NCBI GenBank assembly: GCA_944331915.1
Contig: CALVIR010000006.1
Location: forward strand, 1-44,564
Reading direction: 5' to 3'
From: an uncultured Bacilli bacterium
GTDB lineage: Bacteria; Bacillota_I; Bacilli_A; RF39; UBA660
DNA: 44,564 nucleotides
In this document: positions 30,401 through 38,722 of the stretch, piece by piece
Numbering within the stretch: position 1 is the stretch's first letter
Layout: each line of letters starts with the position of its first letter
The notes under the pieces: model-generated
The model's database searches: none
The model's input: the letters and a program-made list of their open reading frames with translations, nothing else
Told to the model about the DNA's origin: nothing
Program-made: the position numbers and the translations under genes

Positions 30401-30967
30401 ATTATTTTTAGCATTAACCGCTCCATTTATAAGCGATTCTATATATTGATAATAATTACTTGCCCTAATAACATTTTTCTGATTAGTAGTCAAATTACTT
30501 TTACCTTCCGCTAAATCTTGATACCACCATAAAGCTATTTGCGTTAAGTAATCATCATAAGCATCGTTTCCTGTTAATGATTTATTAGGATATCCATTCT
30601 GTAACAAATAAACATATCCAGCATCTAATGGAGTAGCATTTTTAGTTATTGTTCTAGGACTATCATTACTAGGCCAACCCTTATCTTTTTCAAGACAATA
30701 AACGGTATATCTAAATCCCGTAGAATCAGTCGCATAATATGGAACCAAAGCAATAATTTCATCACCATACAAATTATCAAAAAGACTAACTCTATCTGTC
30801 AAAATATTTCCCATTCCTGTCGTTAAAGTATCAGGAAGCTCTGTAGGAGCCCCATATGTAATTAATGGCCCTTTAACTAAAACAACAAAGAGAATAAAGA
30901 ATAATGCTCCCAAAATAGCATTTTTAACAACATTTTTATCTATCACTGCTACATTACTATATCTCAT
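27485..30967 (-). CDS. Sortase-anchored thioester-domain adhesin with SpaA/CnaB-type repeats
   Basis: YCLE, TQIALWW (TQXA-type), multiple KxD...GA...GxY..ExxAPxGY...N repeats, VPNTS + TM + basic tail. Confidence 0.88.
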   Translation of the reverse strand: MRYSNVAVIDKNVVKNAILGALFFILFVVLVKGPLITYGAPTELPDTLTTGMGNILTDRVSLFDNLYGDEIIALVPYYATDSTGFRYTVYCLEKDKGWPSNDSPRTITKNATPLDAGYVYLLQNGYPNKSLTGNDAYDDYLTQIALWWYQDLAEGKSNLTTNQKNVIRASNYYQYIESLINGAVNAKNNPVTINPSFSISSSDFKLSSDHKYLITDNITVNSNVSFQNYKVSVNNSAVEILDSNNNVIGSNTINSGQPFKLRVDLAKISSPITVNISVVVNYTEYEAYRYDPPAEDASNMQQAISGTLAATPKEKTISSSVTMPTGSLTVNKVDSNGNSPLAGASIEIVRVATNTVVDSFTTTTTSHMTSNLLPGEYKIRETSAPNGYYINNAETTVVIDSSNLNISRTLTNSRFEAYIRKVDSDTGSVVSGAVLRILDNNNATVATITTGTDYVAIPNLSEGTYKVVEISAPSGYLVSDEVKTFTIDKDHTRVTVDYADKKNEILIEKRDASDNNFVEGATLRLVNTDTNSTVDEWVTGREAHRITGLAVGNYKVIEIAPPSGYSLSSEELTFTITNTMTENLTITFYNSKNQITINKIDSETKEAVVGAKMEIVDSSGRVIESFTSSKSPYTISKLDPGTYYVRETEAPSGYVKSEEPVSFVVTNETTNINVTFENKKNELRLGKVDSDGKFMAGAELKLTNSAGEPVAEFTSGNEAHVIRGLASGTYKLEETKAPAGYIRNTHIETITIKDTDSVITYNMPNEKINITLNKIDAETKMPLAGIRYELLNSEKEVIGNYVTSDTPLTLNILEEGTYYLRETMTIDGYILDTSLHEFTVDASNYNYEITLENKPTEVSLGKIDAGTGEYISGATLKLSRVDGTMEPITFVTTDSPHIIKRLAAGTYQLEEIEAPAGYVLSNSKITFELEETGEMQTVNIVNDVLKVVINNKRVEIEAEEGFKFRIETRDGEEVTEFTTTNEKYVSDPLNNGDYVLRQLEAKEGLVVNNNPLYFSITDDNNVTVVNFVNDYTKVMISKKDMANSEELPGAQLIIYNDKGEIVEEWTSTDTPHYIERLPIGYYTLKEINAPDGYVVNTATVDFRVLETGDIQTETMFNSKPIDVPNTSSNSNAVYIIGGLIIMVGGTLVIISRRKSSVLSR

Positions 30968-31041
30968 CTAAATCACCTATCCACCTATCTTAATAAGATT
31001 ATAGCACGCTAAGAGAAGAAAAAAAAGAAGTATTTAAACTT

Positions 31042-33189
31042 CTAATTATTTATAAGTGATAAACTAACTTTTTTCTTATCTAAGTCTATATCATCAACAT
31101 AACAATCAACAATATCCCCTACACTAAACAAGTCACTAGGATTTTTAAGATATTCTTTAGTAAGTTTAGAAATATGAGCAAGTCCATCATTTTTTAGACC
31201 AATATCAATGAATAGACCAAAATCAACAACATTACGAACCGTCCCTTGTAACTTATCACCTTTCTTTAGATCTTCAATATGTAAAATATCATTTCTAAGT
31301 ATAGGTTGCGGATATGTATCACGTAAATCTCTTAATGGTTTTTCTAAAGCTTCTATAATATCAGTAAGAGTATATTGATCTATTTCTAATTCTTTACTTA
31401 TTTTATCAATATCTAAAGTATTTAATTTATTAACTAATGCTTCTGTTCCTAAATCATTTTCTGTAAAGCTCAAATAAGTAAGAAATTCTCTTGTCTTATC
31501 ATAACTCTCTGGATGAATAGATGTCTTATCTAAAGGATTATCCCCATCAACTATTCTCATAAAACCTATCGCTTGTTCATAGATTTTATCACTCATTCCT
31601 TTTATTTTAATGAGTTCTTTTCTATTTTTAAATTTACCAAACTCTTCTCTCATCTTAACTAAATTATCTATAACTTTTTTATTTAGTCCTGACACATATT
31701 TTAGTAGTGATGGACTTGCCGTATTAACATTAACTCCGACACCATTTACCGCTTTACTAACAACAAAGTTTAATGATTCATCTAATTTTTTTACCGGAAC
31801 ATCATGTTGATATAACCCAACTCCAATACTTTTAGGATCTATTTTTACAAGTTCTGACAAAGCATCTTGAACTCTTCTTCCAATACTAACAGCGCTTCTT
31901 TTTTCAACAGTCAAATCAGGAAACTCTTCTATTGCAAGTTTACTAGCCGAATATACTGATGCTCCCGCTTCACTTACGATTATATAGGATACATCTTTCT
32001 TACAATCTTTAATAGTATCCGCTACAAAAGCTTCACTTTCTCTTGATGCTGTTCCATTTCCAATAGCAATAACATCGATATTATATTTATCAATTAATTC
32101 TAATAATTTCTTTTTAGAACCCTCAATATCATTATGAGGTTCTGTTGGATAAATTACGGCAATCTCTAAGACTTTACCCGTTTTATCTAAGACCGCAAGT
32201 TTACACCCTGTTCTAAAAGCGGGATCAAACCCTAACACTGTTTTATCTTTTAAAGGAGGAGTTAACAAAAGTTTCTCTACATTAGTAGCAAAAGTATCAA
32301 TCGCTCTTTCTTCCCCTTTTTCTTTCAATTCACTCCGTACCTCTCTATCAACACTAGGTAATATCAATCTCTTAAGACTATCATTAATCGCTTCACTTAT
32401 TATTTCTTTACAGAATGATTCTTTATTTTTAATAACTTTATTCTCTAAATAAGCAGTTATTTTCTCTACATCATAATCTAACTTAACACTAAGAACATCT
32501 TCTTTTTCCCCACGATTAATCGCTAGTATTCTATGTGGTTTAATATATTTAACTGCCTCAGTAAAGTCATAATAATTACTATAAACTTTCTCTTCATCTA
32601 CAGCATTTTTCTTTAACTTACTAACAATAACCCCTTCTTTAAATATATAGCTTCTAATCCATTTTCTATAATAAGCATTATCACTAATCCATTCTGCAAT
32701 AATATATTTAGCTCCCATAACAGCATCTTCTACTGTCTTTACCTTATCATTAATAAATTTACTAGCAATAGTATTAATATCTCCCTTCACAGGACAAGAC
32801 ATAATAATCTTAGCAAGAGGCTCTAACCCATTATTAATCGCATCCGTTGCCTTAGTCTTTTTCTTCTCCTTATAAGGACGATACAAGTCATCTACCTCAA
32901 CAAGCTTAGTACAATTCATAATAGATGTTTTTAACTCATCGGTAAGTAATCCTTTCTCATCAATAAGTCTAATAACATCCTCTTTTCTCTTAAGTAAATT
33001 AACTTGATACTGATATACATCATCAATTGATTTAATAACCTCTTCATTTAAAGCTCCAGTCGCTTCCTTACGATATCTTGCAATAAAAGGAATAGTATTT
33101 CCTTCTTCTAATAGTTTTAACACTGTCATAACTTGTTTTTTACTTATATTTAAATCTTTACTAATACTTTCAATAATTACATCATTCAT
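31042..33189 (-). CDS. tex: Tex-family RNA-binding transcription accessory protein
   Basis: TIPFIARYRKE, DPAFRTGCK, IGNGTASRE, C-terminal S1 domain. Confidence 0.95.
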   Translation of the reverse strand: MNDVIIESISKDLNISKKQVMTVLKLLEEGNTIPFIARYRKEATGALNEEVIKSIDDVYQYQVNLLKRKEDVIRLIDEKGLLTDELKTSIMNCTKLVEVDDLYRPYKEKKKTKATDAINNGLEPLAKIIMSCPVKGDINTIASKFINDKVKTVEDAVMGAKYIIAEWISDNAYYRKWIRSYIFKEGVIVSKLKKNAVDEEKVYSNYYDFTEAVKYIKPHRILAINRGEKEDVLSVKLDYDVEKITAYLENKVIKNKESFCKEIISEAINDSLKRLILPSVDREVRSELKEKGEERAIDTFATNVEKLLLTPPLKDKTVLGFDPAFRTGCKLAVLDKTGKVLEIAVIYPTEPHNDIEGSKKKLLELIDKYNIDVIAIGNGTASRESEAFVADTIKDCKKDVSYIIVSEAGASVYSASKLAIEEFPDLTVEKRSAVSIGRRVQDALSELVKIDPKSIGVGLYQHDVPVKKLDESLNFVVSKAVNGVGVNVNTASPSLLKYVSGLNKKVIDNLVKMREEFGKFKNRKELIKIKGMSDKIYEQAIGFMRIVDGDNPLDKTSIHPESYDKTREFLTYLSFTENDLGTEALVNKLNTLDIDKISKELEIDQYTLTDIIEALEKPLRDLRDTYPQPILRNDILHIEDLKKGDKLQGTVRNVVDFGLFIDIGLKNDGLAHISKLTKEYLKNPSDLFSVGDIVDCYVDDIDLDKKKVSLSLINN

Positions 33190-33431
33190 ACATATCCTCT
33201 TTTCTAACAATATCTATTTTATTACAAAGACCAAAGAGAGAAAAGAAAAAAAGTGCAATTTGACACTTTTTTCTATTGTAACAACAGCAATGCCTTATAA
33301 TTTTTGTTGTTCACACACAAAACATTTGACGAATAAGATGGTAATTTCCTACTATAATATATTCTAATCTAATTATAGCCAAATTAATTTAGTCATCAGT
33401 CTAGGTAATACATTCCCTAGAATGCTGACAT

Positions 33432-35264
33432 TTAACTTACTAACTGTATTTCAAATGGTGAATTCAAGGTCCCATCACCATTTACAATTTGCACGTTAGA
33501 TTTTAGATTTATAGATGGCCGGACGCCGTACACAGTGGACGGATTGTAGCTGGCCGCGTTGCCAGTGCTGTACACGCTCCACACGTAAGACGCACTATAT
33601 GGTGTTATGGTCCAATAATATGTATTGTTACCATATCTATCAAATTGTCCTGCCATTAATTCTCCTAAGCGTAGTAATCCTACCTTTGCTGTTGTCGTAC
33701 TTGATGTCAGAATATTATCCGTAGTATTTGTATATTTGGCTAGTTTATATGAGGCACCACTTCCTGCTGTTCCCAAATACCATGTTGTCGCATCTTCTAT
33801 CATTGCTATATCTTCATCAGTCAAATAGCCATTTCCCGTATTCAAATAGTCATTATTCAAAAATGTTCCTATTGTATTAGTACTTGAAAATGTTGCATTA
33901 CTACCAAAAGCATTTGTTACAAACGTCCCTTCACTCTTTAACGGTTCTGCACTGACTATTTTAGTACCACTACCATTTTCATGACTTACTATTCGATATA
34001 GATTATTTTCGCCACTACCAAATCTTATGTATTCTCCACTATATCTACTGGAAAGTAGTGTTCCTGATAGATTAGTATCATTATCGCCATTTAAGCGATA
34101 AGGGTTATCTATCGTTCCATCACCATCTACGATACGAACGCTAGATTTTAGATTTATAGATGGCCGGACGCCGTACGCAGAGGCCGGATTGTAGCCGCTG
34201 CCCGCGTAGCCATTGCCGCCCACGTCCCACACGTAAGACGCACTATAAGGAGTGATACTCCACCAATAAAGTCCGTTGTTTAAATAACCATTACTATAAG
34301 TAGTACCACTATAACTCATAGTATATTCATATATATTTAAAAGCCCTACCGCATCAGTTACCACTATAGTAGACTCAGGCTTACTTGTAGATGTAGTTAA
34401 TGTAGCATTCCATACGCTATCCATCTTTATAAATTTCTCTGGTTCTCTTAAATTACCCAAAAAACCATCCACACTCGTATCATTTAACCACTCTTCCATA
34501 TAACTACCTTCAAAAGCAGTACTACCACTTGAATAAGTAATTGTACTTATATTCCACTGAGTCACCAACTTAACACTATTATCAGCAGGATCTATACTTA
34601 CTGCTCTCCATAACTTTCCACTATACCAGATATAATTATTTGGATCTGTTCCTGTTATAAATGTTTGATCTGGATCTGTTGTATTTATCGCTCCATTTTC
34701 TCCTACTCCTGCAAGTAATACCTCTGCTACTGTTGGATCACTCATTTCTTCAAACAAATGCCCATTACTAGGTAGTGCTAAATCATTATAATCTAGTCCT
34801 ACTTGTACTCCTAAGGTAACTGTTGCATTACTACCAGAATTATTAGTTACCCTTATCTTATAAACATTACTAGCTCCGACACTACCATCTGCTTCCAAAT
34901 TAACCCCTGTTGCTGCAGGTGGTGTACTTAAGCCATCCCCTGTTACATATCCAGCAGTTACTCCATCAGGTAATGCTCCTACGTAATAGAAATTAAATCT
35001 TGCTATTCTACTATTAGGATTACTTAGAGTAACTGTAAACTCTTTAGTCTCTCCACTATTAACACTAAGTATATTTCCACTAGCTCCATCAATACTTAAA
35101 TCATATGACAATGTTCCTGTTACAATACTAATAGCATTACTCTTTTCTTTACTAACTGTAAACATCGCATATGAATAATATCCACCTACTATTAGTAATG
35201 TTAATATAATCACTACTAACATATAAATCTTACTAAATTTTGTTTCTAACAGTATTTTTTTCAT
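33432..35264 (-). CDS. Surface protein with SipW-type-like signal and two tandem C-type-lectin-like (DUF6273-like) domains; DGR target
   Basis: N-terminal TM ending GGYYSYAMF. Two domains, each with WR/YRIV, VGLL, W.ITP and YGVRPSINL motifs. Confidence 0.8.
   Translation of the reverse strand: MKKILLETKFSKIYMLVVIILTLLIVGGYYSYAMFTVSKEKSNAISIVTGTLSYDLSIDGASGNILSVNSGETKEFTVTLSNPNSRIARFNFYYVGALPDGVTAGYVTGDGLSTPPAATGVNLEADGSVGASNVYKIRVTNNSGSNATVTLGVQVGLDYNDLALPSNGHLFEEMSDPTVAEVLLAGVGENGAINTTDPDQTFITGTDPNNYIWYSGKLWRAVSIDPADNSVKLVTQWNISTITYSSGSTAFEGSYMEEWLNDTSVDGFLGNLREPEKFIKMDSVWNATLTTSTSKPESTIVVTDAVGLLNIYEYTMSYSGTTYSNGYLNNGLYWWSITPYSASYVWDVGGNGYAGSGYNPASAYGVRPSINLKSSVRIVDGDGTIDNPYRLNGDNDTNLSGTLLSSRYSGEYIRFGSGENNLYRIVSHENGSGTKIVSAEPLKSEGTFVTNAFGSNATFSSTNTIGTFLNNDYLNTGNGYLTDEDIAMIEDATTWYLGTAGSGASYKLAKYTNTTDNILTSSTTTAKVGLLRLGELMAGQFDRYGNNTYYWTITPYSASYVWSVYSTGNAASYNPSTVYGVRPSINLKSNVQIVNGDGTLNSPFEIQLVS
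33497..33599 (-). repeat. DGR variable region VR2
   Basis: GC-rich 103-bp near-copy of 34142-34247. Substitutions fall only at codon positions 1-2. Confidence 0.82.
34142..34247 (-). repeat. DGR variable region VR1
   Basis: GC-rich 106-bp near-copy of 33497-33599 with one extra NNC codon. Confidence 0.82.
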
Positions 35265-35368
35265 TTTTTACTCCTTTTTAAATATAGATATTCTTGACAT
35301 TATTTACATTATACCCTGTTTTTTAAGTTCTATACATCTAGTTATATAACCAGTTTACAAAACACACT

Positions 35369-35397
35369 AAAAAGAACAGAATACGCCTATCCTGTTC
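35369..35397 (-). terminator. Intrinsic terminator upstream of the DGR target gene
   Basis: GAACAGGAUA-GGCG-UAUUCUGUUC-UUUUU. Confidence 0.75.
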
Positions 35398-35421
35398 CAT
35401 TATCATATTGAAAGAAAGTAC

Positions 35422-35487
35422 TTATTTGTTTAAAACTACCCCCCCCCAGTTAACACATTGTGAACTGAATACTCTTGCCATTTTCAT
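35422..35487 (-). CDS. Putative 21-aa leader peptide containing a G9 tract
   Basis: AGGAAAGAAGGT then ATG AAA ATG GCA...AAC TGG GGG GGG GTA GTT TTA AAC AAA TAA. C9 at 35439-35447 on the plus strand. Confidence 0.45.
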   Translation of the reverse strand: MKMARVFSSQCVNWGGVVLNK

Positions 35488-35739
35488 ACCTTCTTTCCTA
35501 TAGATTGACGAATTAATTTACCCTGGAAATTTAAATTAGTCTATCTACTATTCTTTTCTTACCTTGATATCTTTTAGTTAATTATATACTATATTTAATC
35601 ATTTCGACAATACTAAATATTAGAATAGACAAACTCTTTACACTTATTATCCATAGCTAAAAAACTAACTTTACTACTGACAAAATCAGTATATACGATA
35701 TAATTATATTGATGGCGACTTTATAACTATATAGAAAGG

Positions 35740-36670
35740 ATGATTAAATTGGAAAATAATAATGTAATAGAAAATAAGTTTTTAATATACGAGGCAGAAA
35801 ATAATATTAAAGTTGAAGTTATTTTAGAAGAAGAAAATGTTTGGCTTACTCAAGAACAGATAAGTAAATTATATAATAAGGCTAAGTCTACAATTAATGA
35901 ACATATCAAGAATATATTTGAAGAAGAAGAATTAGATAAAAATTCAGTTATTCGGAATTTCCGAACAACTGCCAAAGATGGTAAATCATATAATATTAAT
36001 TATTATAATCTTGAAATGATAATTGCTATTGGGTTCCGTGTAAAATCGAAAGAAGGCACTAAATTTAGAATGTGGGCTAACGAAAAATTAAAAGAATATT
36101 TAGTAAAAGGATATAAGATCAAGCGAAAAAGTCTTTTGGAGAAAAATATTAGATATATATGCTACCTCAATTGATTATAATCCTAAGAAAGAAATTACAA
36201 TTAATTTTTTCAAAACTATCCAAAACAAAATGCACTATGCAGTTTCTAATAATACTGCTGCAGAAATAGTTTATAATAGAGTTGATAGTACTAAAGATAA
36301 TATAGGTCTTACAAATTTTAAAGGAGATATGCCTACCAGAAAAGAAACAGAAATTGCTAAAAATTATTTAACTCATGAAGAGCTACAAGTTTTAAATAGA
36401 TTAGTGTCTGCTTATCTTGAGCTTGCTGAGATTAATGCTTTAAAAAGAAAAGCAATGACAATGCAAGATTGGATTAATGAATTAGATAATTTCTTAAAAT
36501 TGACACATAATGATATATTACATACTAAAGGTAACATTTCACCTGAAGAAGCTTTAAAAAAGGCTTATGAAGAATACGATAAATATATGCAAAATCATTT
36601 AACTAAAGCTGAAAAAGATTATTTAGAGATTATGAATATCGAAATAAAGGAAATAAATAATAATTATTAA
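35740..36670 (+). pseudogene. RhuM-family protein split by an internal deletion/frameshift
   Basis: VWLTQ..I..LY, YYNLEMIIAIGFRV, FRMWA; continues out of frame as IRSSEKVFWRKILDIYATSIDY...QNKMHYA. Confidence 0.85.
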
Positions 36671-36850
36671 TGCCATAATAAAAACTTAGGCTATTCATTA
36701 TACCAATGTTCTCTATAATGATATTGCTTTTTTAAAACATACTTTTAAATCTCATCTTTACACTAAAGAATTAATTTATTATTTTCTTTAGAACTAATGA
36801 CTTTTAGAAAGAAAATTGATACAATATAAATAATAAAACGAGGTGATAAG

Positions 36851-37843
36851 ATGAATGATTATATTCCGCCATTTAAAATTACAAATGAAATGTTAAAATT
36901 AGTTTCAAATATTATGGAAAAAATAGGAAAACTAGATAATTACTCTAATTTAGACAAAACTCCATATTTAAGAAAACAAACTAAAATAAACTCAATTCAC
37001 TCTTCTCTAGCAATTGAAAATAACAGCCTAAGTCTAGGGCAAGTAAAAGATGTAATTAATGGTAAAATAGTTATTGGTAAACAAAAAGATATACAGGAAA
37101 TTAAAAATGCTTATAAAGCTTATGAGATGTTAAAAGATATCAATCCATATTCTATTGAAGATTTAAAAAAAGTTCATGGAATAATGACATTTTTAACAGT
37201 AAAACAATCTGGAGAGTTTAGAAAAGGTCCAGAAGGTGTATTTGATGGTGATAAATGTATCTTTATCTGCCCACCAGAAGAAATGGTTAATCCATTAATG
37301 AATAATTTATTTTCCTGGCTAAGAAAAAATAAAGAAATTATTCACCCCTTGATTTTATCTAGTGTTTTTCATTATGAATTTGTTTTTATTCATCCTTTTA
37401 GCGATGGAAATGGTAGAATGGCAAGACTATGGCAAAATTCACTATTATATCAATGGAAAGATATTTTCGAATATTTGCCCATTGAATCTAAGATTCATAA
37501 ATATCAAGAAGAATATTACAATGCAATTGCTGAAAGTCACAAAAATGGAAATTCAAATTGCTTTATAAATTTTATGTTAAAAATGATAGATGAAACACTA
37601 GATGAAGCTATAGAGACATCTTTTTTACCTATTACTAATGAACTTATTAATATAAATAGATTATTAGAGGCAATGGAATTAAATACCCCCCTAACTGCAA
37701 GTGAAATAATGGCAAAATTAGGAATAAAATCTAAAGAAACGCTAAGAAGTCAATATTTAGATCCAGCTATTAAACAAGGACTTATTAATCTTACTATTCC
37801 AGATAAACCTACAAGCAAAAACCAAAAATATTATAGGAATTAA
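36851..37843 (+). CDS. Fic-domain protein
   Basis: HPFSDGNGRMAR canonical Fic motif, N-terminal SSLAIEN inhibitory-like motif, C-terminal HTH. Confidence 0.92.
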   Translation: MNDYIPPFKITNEMLKLVSNIMEKIGKLDNYSNLDKTPYLRKQTKINSIHSSLAIENNSLSLGQVKDVINGKIVIGKQKDIQEIKNAYKAYEMLKDINPYSIEDLKKVHGIMTFLTVKQSGEFRKGPEGVFDGDKCIFICPPEEMVNPLMNNLFSWLRKNKEIIHPLILSSVFHYEFVFIHPFSDGNGRMARLWQNSLLYQWKDIFEYLPIESKIHKYQEEYYNAIAESHKNGNSNCFINFMLKMIDETLDEAIETSFLPITNELININRLLEAMELNTPLTASEIMAKLGIKSKETLRSQYLDPAIKQGLINLTIPDKPTSKNQKYYRN

Positions 37844-37873
37844 TTTTAAGTAGCATTTAAGCAAGATTTAAGC

Positions 37874-37903
37874 AAGATAACTATCCATTTAGTTATCTTT
37901 TTT
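37874..37903 (+). terminator. Intrinsic terminator
   Basis: AAGATAACTA...TAGTTATCTT followed by a T run. Confidence 0.65.
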
Positions 37904-37940
37904 ATAAACAAATGTCCCTCATTCACATATCCTATAATAG

Positions 37941-38711
37941 GTGTTGCATATGACTATTAAATATAAAGATATTAATTTAAACTATGAGAAATATGGTGAT
38001 AATAAAAATGTTGTTATCATATTACCAGGTTGGGGAGAAACCCGTAATACTTTTCTAGAAATAATTAATATTTTAAAAATAGATTATACTGTTTATATCA
38101 TTGATTATCCAGGCTTTGGGAAAACTAATTTTCCTAATTATGATTTAACATTAGATGACTATGCCCATTTAATTATTCATTTTCTAACTGAATTAAACAT
38201 CAAAAAGCCTAATATAATCGCTCATTCTTTTGGTGGTAGAATTGCTATTCTTTTAAATAGCACTTATAATATCATATTCAAAAATCTTATCTTAATTGAT
38301 AGTGCTGGTATAAAGCCTAAAATGACTTTAAAGAAAAAATTACGCTTAAAGTGTTATAAAACTTTGCAAGCTTTTGCTAACCATCTTCCTAAGAAACTAA
38401 AAAAGAAATTTAAGACTTATTTGTTTAATAAATTTTCATCAAGTGACTATCAAGCTCTTAACCCTAAAATGCGTAATACATTTAAAAATATTATTAATAA
38501 AGATCTAACTAATAACCTTCCTAACGTTAATGCCAATACCTTAATACTATGGGGAGAAAAAGACCTAGATACTCCTTTAAGAGATGCTAAAATAATGCAC
38601 AAAAAAATAACAAAGAGTGAGCTTATTATTTTTCCTAATTGTACCCACTTTTGTTATTTAGAAAATACTTATGTCATTATCAGAATAATTCTCTGTTTCT
38701 TAGATGATTAG
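37941..38711 (+). CDS. Alpha/beta hydrolase
   Basis: LPGWG, DYPGFG, AHSFGG nucleophile elbow, WGEKD, late His. Confidence 0.9.
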   Translation: MLHMTIKYKDINLNYEKYGDNKNVVIILPGWGETRNTFLEIINILKIDYTVYIIDYPGFGKTNFPNYDLTLDDYAHLIIHFLTELNIKKPNIIAHSFGGRIAILLNSTYNIIFKNLILIDSAGIKPKMTLKKKLRLKCYKTLQAFANHLPKKLKKKFKTYLFNKFSSSDYQALNPKMRNTFKNIINKDLTNNLPNVNANTLILWGEKDLDTPLRDAKIMHKKITKSELIIFPNCTHFCYLENTYVIIRIILCFLDD

Positions 38712-38722
38712 AAAGAAACGAC

